Source: Amoebidium appalachense (lineage: Eukaryota > Protista > Ichthyosporea). From it: a stretch of 64,000 nucleotides of DNA. How positions within the stretch are numbered: position 1 is the stretch's first letter; every line of letters begins with the position of its first letter. A program made the translations under genes and the position numbers. Of this stretch, positions 19,483 to 32,890 are shown piece after piece. The notes beneath the pieces are model-generated. The model made no database searches. It saw nothing but the letters and a program-made list of their open reading frames with translations, and was not told the DNA's origin. Location of the stretch: the NCBI GenBank assembly GCA_963693365.1, contig CAVNZM010000003.1:12311651-12375650 (forward strand), given 5' to 3'.

Positions 19483-19665
19483 ATGGGGCGCCCTGGTAGA
19501 ATGTGGGGCTCCACATCTGCGTGCACACATGACAAAACATCCTGGCTTCTCATCCTTGTGGTTCTGTTGCTGACCGCCCACATCATTTCTGCTGTGAAAA
19601 ATGGGGCACAGAACAGGTCTTCCTCGCCCATACTATATCCGGAATGTGACGACAGTGGTGACGAG
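19483..19665 (+). CDS. Putative first exon of a secreted or membrane protein; downstream exons not found
   Basis: ATG to GAG|gtgggt in phase 0. Hydrophobic run WLLILVVLLLTAHIISA. Non-repetitive sequence. Confidence 0.35.
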
Positions 19666-20425
19666 GTGGGTGGCTGTTAGTGGCTGTGTCAGTGAATTAT
19701 GTTTGTGTTTCGCACTTGTACATCTTGCATTGCCCAATGCATTGTGACCTGTTTGATTAGCGATTCGCAATGACATCTTGCATGGCCCGATGCAACGTGA
19801 CCATCGATTAGCGAATACGTTTTACACAACTCTTGTTCATTGGGTCTCCAAATCTATAACCCATCCCCCCCCCCCCCCCCCCCCCCCAACACCGTATCAC
19901 TGAGGTACTGCCCCCCACGGGCCAGCGGCTCACTCTTTCTCACTCAATATATCCGTTTCAAGATGACTATCGATATCCTAGATCACCTTATTAATGCTGC
20001 ACAGTATGATATTGTGATCCGGTGCCTTAACTTTCTTTCGGAGCTACCGATGCTAGCCTCTGCTTACCCATAATATGTAATAGGGGTGTCAGATACTACG
20101 ATGGCGCTCATTGTTGCCTAGCATGTACATATGTCACTGGCTGCATTTGATTGGCTGTGCTGGAAAACGCAGTAGGCCGTCGAATGTGGCTGGGCCTCCG
20201 GCAGTGTCCACGCAATAAAAAGTGTGTAAACCCCAAACCCTTCTCACTCTAATCCGCTTTCTATCTCTCTCTCTCTCTCTCTCTCTCAGGATCCCCCCAA
20301 CCCCCACCCCCACCCCCTCCCGCCTCACCCTTAATACAACCCCCTCTCTATCTTTCTGCCTCAGTTATATCAGCACTCTCTCTCTCTCTCTCTCGGCCAT
20401 TCCCTTCTCTCTCAGCTCTCTCTCT

Positions 20426-20555
<130 letters not shown>

Positions 20556-20594
20556 GCTTAGCTGAGCACATACACAGATAGCAACCTAACTAGT

Positions 20595-20985
<391 letters not shown>

Positions 20986-21266
20986 TCCCTCCCTGTCTGT
21001 CTGTCTCTCTGTCTCTCTGACGCTCCCTCTCTCCCTCTGACACCTCTCTCTCTGACACACACACACGCACACACACACACACCGAACGCACAAACACGCA
21101 TGTACCGTAAAAAACGCAGGCATGTACGCACGCACACAGATTCCGTCACTGTTCAAACTCCACACAAAACACACATTTGCAATGCACGTGTCCACACACA
21201 CGCTCACACGCACGTACACACACACTAATACACAAACACGTGCACACACACATGTGCGCGCAGGTG

Positions 21267-21300
<34 letters not shown>

Positions 21301-21500
21301 GGTACACACAAGCGCGCGAACACATTCACACGTACGCAGGTCGTACACAGGCACACAAACACTGCACACACGCACACACATCCAACGTGAAAACCACACA
21401 CGTAGTTATTCGCACAGACACACACACATGTGCACGCACCCACACAAAAACCACACATTAGCAATGCACATGCACACACACACACACACATACACACACA

Positions 21501-21538
<38 letters not shown>

Positions 21539-21686
21539 GAAATAACACACACTAGCGATGCACGTGCACGCATCGTGCGCGCACACCGTGACACACACAC
21601 ATGTGCACGCGCGCAGGCACATCACATGCGCACACACACGAAAGGTTCGCGTATGCGCACACACGCATACGCACGCACACGCGCGC

Positions 21687-21736
<50 letters not shown>

Positions 21737-21877
21737 GCACACACACACGCGCGCGCGCACACGCGCGCGCGCTAGCGCGCGCGTGCGCACCGGCACACAC
21801 CGGTACACGCAGGCACGCGCGCGCAGTGCGCACCGGCACACACCGGTACACGCAGGCACGCTCGCGTGCACACACAC

Positions 21878-21911
<34 letters not shown>

Positions 21912-22694
21912 GCGCACACAAACACAGACGCGGGCATACACATTGCACCTGCTTTTGTGCCGTGCCTCAAGGTATAGTCCTGAAAATTGATCTCCTCAAA
22001 AAGCACAGAAATCAATTAAAATGATGCCATTCTGTGGCCGCGGGTGGCCAGTAGAACACAGTGTATGTTTATTTTTGTGCATGCAAACATTCACAGTTTG
22101 CCTTTGTCTTGCACATACCAGACATAGATTAAACAAGGCTATGTTTGTTTTTATTGCCTAGAAATAAAAATGCAACAGTCCTATTTATCTGCATACACTA
22201 AGCGATAATTTGTTCGATTTTGTTTGTCCTCAGTCACCACATTGTCTGCCTAAGATTGAGGTTCTGAACAGATCTCAACGAAATAAATGATGAGTCTACA
22301 AACTAAATAACATTGGTTGTGCGGTAATAGCTCGATTCCTATTGGTGGAGTTAGAGACCACGTGCTGTAACTGTTTTGGCGATTTGAGGTATATACAAGG
22401 TCATGCATGAATATGTTCACAGTCACAATAGACATTGACGTTGACTACGCAGGTAATCACATTGAACTCAACGAATTCAACTTCACACAAGAGCGAATAT
22501 CACGCCTATTTATATTGGTGATTTCTACATATCTCCGTTGGATTTCGAAAACAACACCTAGCTTGCAATCTCAATCATTCTAATGTTATTTATTCTAATG
22601 CTCGTTTCACACGAAGACAGAATCAATGTCAAGTTACAAGTTAATCAAAACAAATGTAGTGCGTAAAAAGAAGCGTGTAAGAGAGAAGAGGAGG

Positions 22695-23869
22695 GGAAGT
22701 AGAGTCCGCTGTGACTATGGTCGCCGTGGCGCGCTTGGGCGCTGACCCGTTTTTTTACTGCTTTCAGTGTGTTAACTCCATGACTGAACTCCATGTCTGC
22801 ACTCCATGACTGAACTCCATGACTGAACTCCATGACTGAACTCCATGTCTGCACTCCATGACTGAACTCCATGACTGAACTCCATGACTGAACTCCATGT
22901 CTGCACCTGGCAGAGACGTGGCTTATATACCCGTGGGGCAGCAGTCTGGAATGTAATCCGGATGCCAGGCGCTAATCGGATTGGTTACTTTCATTTAGAG
23001 ATCTCCGGGACCAGTGAACCAATCGTTTGCAGTCAAAACACAATTGGCAACATTCCTCAACTATGCAGATGTGCATGTGGTGATCGAGTGTCAGCGTGTG
23101 TCTGTGTACACGGAACCAATTGTAAAGCTAACATACACATATTGTGGAGTGAGCGTAAGTCTGCACTCCAACACCCCTACCCAATTGGAGAAGTGTACAC
23201 ACCACTAGAGAAGAGAGAGTGAGTGTGGCTGCTTGCAGGGTAGACCGGGGTGTGCATTCCACTGTGGTGCGTGCCCCGCCAATGAAGTGGAATACTTGAC
23301 GTTGATGTCGCAGGCTGCTGCGGATGGAGTTTGTGGAAGCGAAAGTCTCTACTTCACGGAAATACGCTCGCGGGTGTAGGGTACAGCCTAGAAGTCGGTT
23401 TCTGGCTCCTCCGTTCAAGGCGTCGTAGGGGACGTGAAGTTAGAGGCCGTGGTGTCGTGTCTGGGCCCATAACCCTGTTGGAAGTAGAGTCCGCTGTGAC
23501 TAGAATCGTCGTGGCGCGCTTGGGCGCTGACCCGTTTTTTTTTACTGCTTTCAGTGTGTTAACTCCATGACTGAACTGAGTCTCCATGTCTGCACCTGGC
23601 AGAGATGTGGCTATAATATACTATACCCGTGGGGCAGCAGTCTGGAATGTAATCCGGATGCCAGGCGCTAATCGGATTGGTTACTTTCATGTAGAGATCT
23701 CTGGGACCAGTGAACCAATCGTTTGCAGTCAAAACACAATTGGCAACATTCCTCAACTATGCAGATGTGCATGTGGTGATCGAGTGTCAGCGTGTGTCTG
23801 TGTACACGGAACCAATTGTAAAGCTAACATACACATATTGTGGAGTGAGCGTAAGTCTGCACTCCAACA
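22695..23869 (-). mobile_element. TRIM-like miniature non-autonomous copia element
   Basis: 5' LTR 23869-23476 has TGTTGG...CCAACA ends. Canonical copia PBS GGTTATGGGCCCAG at 23474-23461. Non-coding interior of about 300 bp. Purine run TAGGGG precedes the 3' LTR (23173-22695), which is near-identical but lacks its last 4 nt. Confidence 0.88.
22775..22905. repeat. 13-bp tandem array expanded in one TRIM LTR
   Basis: ACTCCATGACTGA / ACTCCATGTCTGC about 10 times, versus about 2 units in the other LTR. Confidence 0.92.
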
Positions 23870-23939
23870 CGACCATCATGGCACTGCCAGCCACCCTTAC
23901 CATTGAGGCCTACTACACCCCGTCAGTCATCTTCCCATG

Positions 23940-24669
23940 ATTCATAGCAAGACTTAGAAGTTGAGTTTTATATTTGTTTATTAGTTTGTTGTAGTTGTTT
24001 CCTTTTCCCTCTTCCTTTCTTCCTTTTCTTTCTTTCCTTTCTGTTTCCGTGTACACAGATATCTTAGATCTCTGTACACATCGACATACTTAGCTCGCGC
24101 ACATGTATTGTCGTTTGTGTCAATATCTAAATATGTCATCCAATCAGATCTCGTTTGTATTTTCCCAAATATAGTAACTTACATTCCTTTCCCATTCCTT
24201 TCTCACGACGTAGCATTGTGCTATGTTCTCCAACTATTAGGAATAATTATATTTAGACGTGTTATGTTAAGAACATGTATAAATGTATGATGTGAACTAA
24301 TAGTTACATAAGTGGTACATTTTGTTAAATGTTTCCGTGCTTTTATTAGAAGTTTCTTTCATTAGAGGATTGCATTTTATATTCTATGTGTCGACAGACA
24401 TTTCATCGATATATTTTACACTCATAGTTTTCGTCTTTTTGATTGGAAAATAGAGTTTTTGTTCTTTTGATTGGTTTATCGTTTTCACATTCCCAAGTAT
24501 AAAAGGGACTTCATCTTGGAATAAATATTAAGCAGTCGTATTCATTTCCTATGGTTCCAGAAATCGTTCCACCTCTCCGGTTGTGTTTCTCCCGTGTGTC
24601 TCTGTGTTTGTGTATAACATAACACCCATCTGTGCTCTCTGCTTCTCCGTTTACCCACACAAAACAACA
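23940..24669 (+). mobile_element. 5' LTR of copia element A (5' boundary uncertain)
   Basis: Ends CAAAACAACA directly before PBS-like GGTTTACGGCCC. TATA-like gtataaaag near 24498. Shares motifs (gtgt.cacagatatct.agatct and the 3' terminus) with LTR 32891-33812. Confidence 0.75.
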
Positions 24670-24747
24670 GGTTTACGGCCCCTTTGCACGCTAACACACA
24701 ATCTCGTTACTTGAACCGCGAAATTCCTCCGTCTTACTGCTTCAATC

Positions 24748-27094
24748 ATGACTGACAAACCGTCGTACATCAACCTTCCAATATGGAATCCGTCCGAGAA
24801 AAGAGACGAGAAACGTCTCAATTATTTCGAGTGGGAGCCACTCATCCACCGGTTCATTAGAACAACCATTGCCGAGAAATTCGTTGACGCTATCAAGAGG
24901 CCACAGTGGGTTGACGGCACCGAAGCAAACCAGTGGCTAGGCTACGGCACCAATGACTCCTACAAGAAAGCTTCCGACGTCCTCGACCAGATCCTCAACC
25001 AGTCCGTCCATCCGACCGAGCTCTACGACTCCGGCCGGATGCAAGACGGTGTCCACGGTGGAGAAGTCTTCCACAACCTGCGTATGGCGTATGTGGCAGA
25101 GAAGGAGGCCCGAGTCACCCAGATTCAAGTCACCTACGAGGAGCTTGAACTACGAGACTACCCCAACGTCACAGCATACCTCACCCGGCTCCAACGTCTG
25201 GCTACGACACTTGCCTGTCTCGACGAGCCCGTCCAGCACAAGGATGTCGTACGTAAGTTCTTCCTTCATCTCCGGAAGAACACGGCCCTGGTCTGCTCCG
25301 ACATTGAACGTCTCTGCTCCGACTACTACTGGATGAACAACAAGGCCTACCCGTCCTTCAACCAGCTCATCAGTGACATCCGAGGAGCTGAAATCCGTGC
25401 CGGCCTCATCGACGCAGGCACTGGTGCAACCGTCAACAACCGTCCCCTTCGTGCACTCCAGAGCAGAGTGCTTCCCCCCGGTGACCTCCGTAACCGTATC
25501 CCTCGACGTGAGCATACACCTCACCGTTCCCCGTCCCGTTCCCGTGATCCTCGTCCGTCCTCCAAGTCACCCGTCCCCCGTTCAACTTCCCCTTACCCCC
25601 GTGGTAACAGGGACAATCGTAACCGACAGCACAACACCAAGAAGGTGGAGTGTTCCTACTGCCATGAGCCCCACCACATCACAGCATGCCCCGAGCCTGG
25701 CTGTGCTGTTGCTCAGGCTCGTCGTGCCAAGCAGGAGAAAGGCAACAAGAGTGTGCAATTTGCACTCATCTCCTCCACCGGCACACCACACCGTGACGAC
25801 CCCGTCTGGGACAGTGCTTGTAATGCACACATCTGCCCCATCAAGGAGTATTTCTCCTCCCTTACCCCGTGTCCCCCCACCCCCATTCACGGCCTCGGCA
25901 CCGTCAATGCCACACACCGTGGCATCATCAACCTGACACTGCACTACAACGGCCACTCAACCCCGTGCAGCATCAATGCTCTCTACGTACCCGAGTCACC
26001 GTCCTTCCTCGTGTCTGCCTCCATGGCCTCAACTGCCGGCCTCCTTGGTCACTGTGACGATGCAGACACCCACCCGTCGTTCCTCTACAGCCGTAATGGT
26101 GACATCATTACCGACCTCACTCCCCTCAACGGTCTCTACTAGTACTACATCACTGACTATGTGATTGACATTCCTCAACACCCGTGGGTCCAAGCCTACA
26201 CAGCAAGGACTCAACCAACCGACGACCTCACCCGTTGGCACAACCGTCTCGGCCATCGTGCCCTCTCCACCGTCACCAGGATGGCCAAGGATGAGCTTGT
26301 CATCGGCATGCCCCCCTCCCTCAAGTCATCCGACAACAGTGACTGCTTCGGCTGCATGTCTGGCAAGACCACCAAGGCTCCGTTTCCCGGCACCCGTTCC
26401 CGGTTCACCATCCCCGGTGCTAAGTGGCACCTGGACTTCTTCGAAGCTCCCTGTGCTTCCTACGGAGGCTACAAGGTTGCTCTGGTGTGTGTTTGTGATG
26501 CCACTGGTTACACCACCGTGTTCCCCCTCTACAACCGTGGTGAAACCCTCAGCTACATTCAGTCTCTCGTTGAAACCATCGAACGTCAGACACCTGAGAT
26601 CGTCACCCATCTTCGGTTTGACTCCGGCTCTGAGTTCACCTCCAAGGACACCGAGGCCTACTGCAAGCAGAAAGGCATCATCATGGAGTTTGCCCCCGTC
26701 GACACACCACAGCACAACGGTGTTGTTGAACGGAAGATGAGAGAACTGTAAGAGACAGTCCGTTGCTTCCTCCATGCCGACAAGGACCAACCTCTCTCTC
26801 CCAAGTTGTGGGTTGCTGCTCTCAAGCATGCTGGCTACATCATCAACGTCACACCGTCATCTGCTGCCAACGGCAACACTCCCTTCGAGGCCTTCCACGG
26901 CTTCAAACCCGACGTCTCCCAGCTCCACGTGTTCGGCTCCCCTGCCTATGTGCATGTTCCCCGATCCAAGAGGAACAAGCTTGCACCAACCGTCAGAGTC
27001 GGCACCTACGTCGGCTGGGATCTGCCCTCCAAGGCACACAAGATCCTCGACCGTGCCAGCAACCAAGTCAAGATCTGCCGTGATGTGGTCTACT
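24748..27094 (+). pseudogene. Copia element A gag-protease-integrase, with in-frame stop at 26140 and a lesion near 26750
   Basis: Zn knuckle CSYCHEPHHITAC; protease WDSACNAH; LTRWHNRLGH...CFGC; catalytic HLDF, RFDSGSEF and QHNGVVERK; TPFEAFHGFKPDVSQLHVFGSPAY...RDVVY. Confidence 0.95.
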
Positions 27095-27850
27095 AGATCC
27101 TTGGTGTGGGAAGAGTTGGCCGTGCAGATGATGATGACGTCGTCCACATAGTTGCCAGTGATAATGATGTCACCATTGGGGAAGGTCTTGATGTAGACAC
27201 ATGGATCTGAACGGAGACGTTCGAGACCGTGAGCAAGGAGGACCTTGTCGAAGTACTCATACCAGGCCAGTGATGCCTGCTTGAGGCCGTAGAGTGCATT
27301 CTTGAGTTTCCAGACCTTGTGCTCGTTGCCGGGGGTGATGAAGCCAGGTGGTGGCTCAATGTAGATGTCTTCTTGAAGAGGACTGTTGAGGAAGGCCGTT
27401 GATACGTCGAGTTGATGAATCTCATGGTTGCCGTCCACACCGATGGCAAGGAGGGCACGGACGGAGGAGGACATCACCACGGGGGAAGAGGTGTCACCGT
27501 AGTCAACACCGTAGACTTGAGTGAAGCCCTTTGCAACACCACGAGCCTTGATCTTGGTGTCACCGGCTGAGTTGAGGACTTTCTCAGTCACAATCCACTT
27601 GAACTTGATGATGTTGGCATCAGGGGGGGGGTTCAACGACGGTGAAGACATCCTTGGTGATGAAGGCTTGGTACTCGGAGGTGAGGGCAGCTATGACGGC
27701 ATCACCGTTGGGACCGTTACAAAGCTTTTGAATGCCCTTGGGGAGTTGGTCAATGTTGATGGTCGGTGCTGTGATGCTGACCAGTGCTGTTGGAGGCTTG
27801 GTGAGACGTGCAGGCCGACGAAGGTTGGGCTTGGGGGGGTCCTTGAGGGG
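27082..27850 (-). pseudogene. Inverted copia linker plus RT N-terminal fragment
   Basis: KWIV...KARGVAKGFTQVYGVDYGDT, HQLDVSTAFLNSPL, LYGLKQA and YVDD. Near-identical to 1-110. Confidence 0.93.
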
Positions 27851-27854
27851 GGTG

Positions 27855-28290
27855 GAGGCCGTATAAAATAGTGGCTAGGTTAGGTCCGACGGAATATAAG
27901 GTGCACACAGAGGTTAGATAATGAGAGTGATGTTAGATTTTACAATGTACATGATATAAAGGAATATTATGATAGGCCCTTAGGGTAAAACGGCCGGAGG
28001 GCCGTCGAGTGTTAGATGCATTCACCCCCGACTATGACGGGTCGGTGGATGTATCGGAGGCTGCAGTAGATAAAATTATGGATAAAAAGGTTATCAAAGG
28101 TAAGGAAGGTAAGGTAAATTATTATTTAATTCGTTTTGAGGGAGGTTATCAGGAAGATCATAGTGGTTGCCTGAGTTTCATTTGGATTGCCCGTTTTCTA
28201 TTCGTGCTTATGAGGCTAGATTAGTGCAGAGGGAGTTGCCTAGTGCTCCCTCTAGGCCAAAGAGAGTTATTCCTCAGTTTAATCGTGGTG
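27855..28290 (+). pseudogene. Ty3/Gypsy chromovirus-like integrase C-terminus (GPY/F-like region plus chromodomain), frameshifted
   Basis: PYKIVARLGPTEYKV, FYNVHDIKEY, VDKIMDKKVIKGKEGKVNYYLIRFEGGYQEDH / WLPEFHLDCPFSIRAYE. Confidence 0.75.
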
Positions 28291-28329
28291 TGAAAAAGTC
28301 GGTGGGGGAGGGGGCCGGGGGCCGGGGAG

Positions 28330-29320
28330 TGATGCAAATACACGTAGACACACGGGGGGGGGGGGGGGGGGGAGGGGGGGGAGGGAGACCGAGGAGGAGT
28401 GTGAACGTAGTCGTAGGAATTTAATTTATTATCATCATGATAGGTGTCTCCGTAGGTATCAAGCTTATGGTGTAGTTTAATTTATTATTTTTCTTCGTAA
28501 TTTATTTAATTTAATTTTTTTTGGGAGACTGATTAGTCTATGTCTTTTTAGGGGGTGTTAGATGTAATGTGACTGAGGTGGGACTCAGCTTTTCCGGGGG
28601 CCGGGGGGGGGGGGAGTTGACATATACTAATCCGTCTCAGCAGATCAGCCTAAGAGTACGATCGAGATCGGGGGGAGGGGGGGGGGGGTGGCCCGGGTCC
28701 ACAGATCATCAAGATCAAGTCCGGGGCCTCAAGATAGCTGTTCAGCTGCGTGCATCTTGCCTCTGCCGGCGCAGGGCAGGACCACGTCAGCTGGAGCAGC
28801 CGACCAATAGAATTCTAATTAGTGTGTAGGATAGATCGTAGGAGGACTTTGGAATGTGATATGTTCGGGCAGAAGCCCTTTGTAAATATTGGCAAGTTTT
28901 GATAGTGTATGTTGCCAAACGTATTTATATATTTCGATGTAGAAGAAAGGGGGGAGGGAGGGGGGGGGGAGGGGATAGTATGAAATGTAGATTTAGACTC
29001 TGCGGTGCCACTAGGGGAAGGGTGAGGGGTGAGACATGGATAAATATATTAGTTTGAGTCGATCGACTTAGCTCGTGCAGGCGCACGATAAAGTAGATCG
29101 GAATGTATGGAATGTGGCATCGTAGGGGGGCCAGGTGATGATGATCTTTGATGGCCTCAGTTGTGACTTAGCCTCATTCCGTTCGGATCTAAGTTTGCCC
29201 GTCGGAGCCTGGTCTGAATAAACTTTACCGTTTTTCCGTACACGTTCGTTCCTTTCCGTGTGTGTACACTTAGTAGAGTGCCGCGTCTCTAATACATACA
29301 CCATAGGATACGACAGCCAG
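28330..29320 (+). mobile_element. Probable 3' LTR of the Gypsy remnant
   Basis: Starts with TG directly after a G-rich PPT-like tract at 28303-28329. Non-coding until copia sequence resumes. The 3' end is uncertain. Confidence 0.45.
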
Positions 29321-29324
29321 CATC

Positions 29325-32162
29325 CCCTGTTGCCGGCCCCTGCCGTCAATGACCACGTACCTGGTCATCTAACCCCGGTTCGTCCTGGGTCTCCGGAGTT
29401 CCACTCGGCCCCGTCCAGCCCCGTGTCATCCAACTCCCCCCTCAACACGGCACCCATCCCTGGCTTCCAGGCTCCCATTCCCGACCCCCCGAGTGTCTGC
29501 CCCAGCCACCCCCCCGGCCCCTGAGCCCCTCCGTCGTTCCTCCCGTCTCTCCTCCCGGCCTGCCACGGCTATAGTATGGTGAGCATCTCCCGACCCAGCC
29601 TTAACACAATGCGTCTCAGCTGCCCCGGTCGATTCAGAAGCTGTGCTCCGGCCCCAAGGGTGATGAAGTGGCTACTGCCCTCACTGCCGAGTACAAGGCC
29701 TTCATCGACAAGGACATCTTCGACGTCGTTGAGCCCCCCTCCGATGCCAACATCATCCGATTCAAGTGGATTGTCACGGTCCGGGAGAAGTTACTCAACT
29801 CTGCTGGTGACACCAAGATCAAGGGTCGTGGTGTGGCCAAGGGTTTCACCCAAGTCTACGGTGTTGACTACGGTGACAACTCTTCCCTCGTCGTCATGTC
29901 TTCCTCCGTCCGTGCCCTGCGGAAGGAAAGCATCCTTGTACACTGATTTGATTGGCCAGATCCTGGATTAATAAGTTGAAATAAACACGGCCGTGCCGTA
30001 TGTCCGTGCAATGTACTCTGATCATGTCTTATAACCACGTGTCTGGAGACCATGGGAAGGAGTCCCATGAACCATCTATCTTACCAGAGGCATGTAAAAG
30101 ATTACGAAGGTTTATTCCCGTTACTAGTGTAACACATATTTGCTAACATATTACGTCTTAAACAATGAACATATGTATACGCGTGCACCTGTACGCGAAA
30201 GGCAATCTAATTTATGGAATGTTGTGAATGAGTGTGAGCGAATGAACAATTAAAAGACTTAGCTATATATGGCGAAAAGCCACGAGCCAAGAGCCACGAG
30301 CCGCCGGCGAAAGATTGCCATGAGGCTTGTACTTGTATTCTTACAGAGATATGAAATCAATAAACACAAGTGTGTAAATAATTAACAATGATATAAGGCT
30401 GATATATATCTGTCAATCTAGAGAAATATGTAGTAACTTGTAATGTAAATATGCCCTGTACGTACTGTCTCTATATGATAAGTAGCTGTGAGCCGGATCC
30501 ACTCATAAGGTCTTATAGGATGACTAGTGAGCAAAGAATAGATCGAATAGATTGATTGGTTAGATCTGTAGCCACGCACTTTGTGAATAGATGTCGGAAT
30601 TCTTGTAACCAAGAGCGCTAGAAAGTATAAAAGGTGGTTAGAATTCGTTAGTTAGAAAGGGTCTTTCCCCTTCTTAGTACCAGTGGTCACAACTAAGGGA
30701 AATAACACACATAGAATAGGCATTGCTTGTCTATGGTCATCACTATTGCCTGTAGGCCATCGTATTAATACAGTCACGTACAGTTCCCTCGTCACCTCTA
30801 CATTACGGCCAGGTTGCCACAGCTTATGAGCATCAATAAACGTCCACGTATTCGTAAATTGCCGTACTTAGTGTGTAACAGACCGCCGTCCTCAACGCCT
30901 GCTTGCCCTCGGTGTGCAGCAGGATCACAAGATCCATCAACTCGACATCAGCACGGCCTTCCTCAACAGCCCCCTCGACGAGACTTTGTACATGGAACAA
31001 CCTCCTGGTTTCATCCTCCCCGGCAACGAACACAAAGTCTGGAAACTCAAGAAGGCCCTCTACGGACTCAAGCAGGCCTCCCTGGCATGGTACGAGTTTT
31101 TCAACTCCATCCTTGTTGCCCACGGCCTCACCTGTCTCCGTTCCGATCCGTGTGTCTACTTCCGTCAGTTCCCCAACGGGGACATCATCCGACCGGGCAA
31201 CTACGTTGATGATGCCATCATCACCTGCACACGGTACCCCACCATCATGCAGGAGCTTGTTATTCACATCACGAAGTCTGCCGAGTGCAAGGTCGGTCTG
31301 CGAGACATCTTCCTCGGCACCCAACTGCTGTACACCAATGACACCCTCAAGCTGCTGCAGTCCTCCTACATCAAGGACATCATCACCGACTTCAACTCCT
31401 GGCCGATGCCAAGCCCAAGGCCACTCCCATTCCCGTGGGCACCGTCATCATCAACGAAGCCTCCCTCTCCTCCCTGCCCACCACCATCCCCTACCGTGAA
31501 CTCCTCGGCCGTCTCCTGTGGGTTGCTCGGTGCTCCCGGCCTGACATCTCGTATGCCATTGGCTACCTCGGCCGATTCAGCTCCCAGCCCACCAAGACTG
31601 CCTGGGAGCTTCTCCTCCGTGTCGTTCGTTACCTGATCGGCACCATCAACCTCGGCCTCTACTACAAGAAGAAGGCCCCCAACAGCAAGGTGCCCATCCT
31701 TGAGTGCTACTCGGATTCTGACTTTGCTGCTGCCCCACCACCCGTCGTTCCACGTCTGGGTACGTCATCCTCCTCGAAGGCACCCCCGTCACCTACCACA
31801 TAAGCTGCAGACGATCACTGCAACTTCCACCTGTGAGGCCGAGCTCCTGGCCCTCAATGCTGCCGTGCAAGATGTTGCCTGGCACCCGTGATCTACTCAA
31901 GGAACTGGGCTATCCCATGACCGAGCCCACCCCCGTGTACTGTGACAATCAGTCCACCATTTCTCTGGTCCACTCCAACACCATCAAGCACCGGACCAAG
32001 CACATTGCCGTTCGTTACTTCAACACCAAGGACTACATCAACAGTGGGGACGTCACTGTCACCTACATCGACACCAAGAAGAACCTGGCCGACATCTTCA
32101 CCAAGCCTCTGGCTGGTCCGGCCCACGAGACACACCGTGCCAACCTCAGTCTCCGTGACTGA
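29325..32162 (+). pseudogene. Copia element B linker-RT-RNase H, frameshifted and split by an insertion
   Basis: RFKWIV...AKGFTQVYGVDY...VRAL | LALGVQQDHKIHQLDISTAFLN, YVDD, YSDSDFA, YCDNQSTI and NLADIFTKPL. A diverged paralogue of element A. Confidence 0.93.
29921..30897 (+). mobile_element. 977-bp insertion, probable solo LTR with degenerate ends
   Basis: Interrupts the RT codons with a 5-bp TSD CCTGC (29916-29920 and 30898-30902). Contains gtataaaag near 30625 and aataaa near 30835. Ends CCTCAACG. Confidence 0.75.
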
Positions 32163-32890
32163 ACCGTGCACTAATGTTCATCATCGAGTGGTTTTTGAGT
32201 AGGTTGGGGCCCTGGACAGCAGTTGACACACCTACGGTGATCAAGATGCCTCCCAACGAAAGTCTACTACTCCTCATCGTTTCTCTTTATCAGTGGGGAC
32301 ACTGTCTTCCATCATCATGTGTGTGCATCTTCAGTGGGGATTATTCTCCACCATCCGCGTTTATTTATATTCATATCCCACCATATATATTGGTTTACTT
32401 CTATATTCGACTTTATATATATGTCGAACTGGGATGGCGTCCCAGTATAAATAATTATCTATAGCCACTGGGGCGAGCTGGTTTACTGCCAGTCTAAACC
32501 TAGTCCACGGGATGAACCTTCCCCGTGTCTTAGCTGGTTGACTACCAGTCTATAAGTCAGTCGACAAGATGTAAGTTATGCCTTGTGTTTATCTGGGTGG
32601 TCCCCAGTATAAAACATTAGCCACCAACACGTCACACATACACTAGTGTTTCCTTTCTATATATCTATATCGACGATAACCACCATGACTTCATTCATGT
32701 TCCGAGTCTTCCGAGGCAACCGTCGTTGTGTGCCCCTTCAGTTTTTGGTTTTCTCCTTCTCACCTCAAGGATCTTCGGTTTGCATCCTCGAGTGGGGAGA
32801 CTTGTGTGTGACGGCCCCCATGTGTTAGGACCTCATCTACCGTCACATCAACGGACACGAGAACACAAACTTCAACCCCTTGAGTGGGGA

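Noticed and set aside
26857-27651. 264-aa ORF as a novel RT fusion protein
   Set aside because: It is a product of the inversion junction; the C-terminus is antisense integrase.
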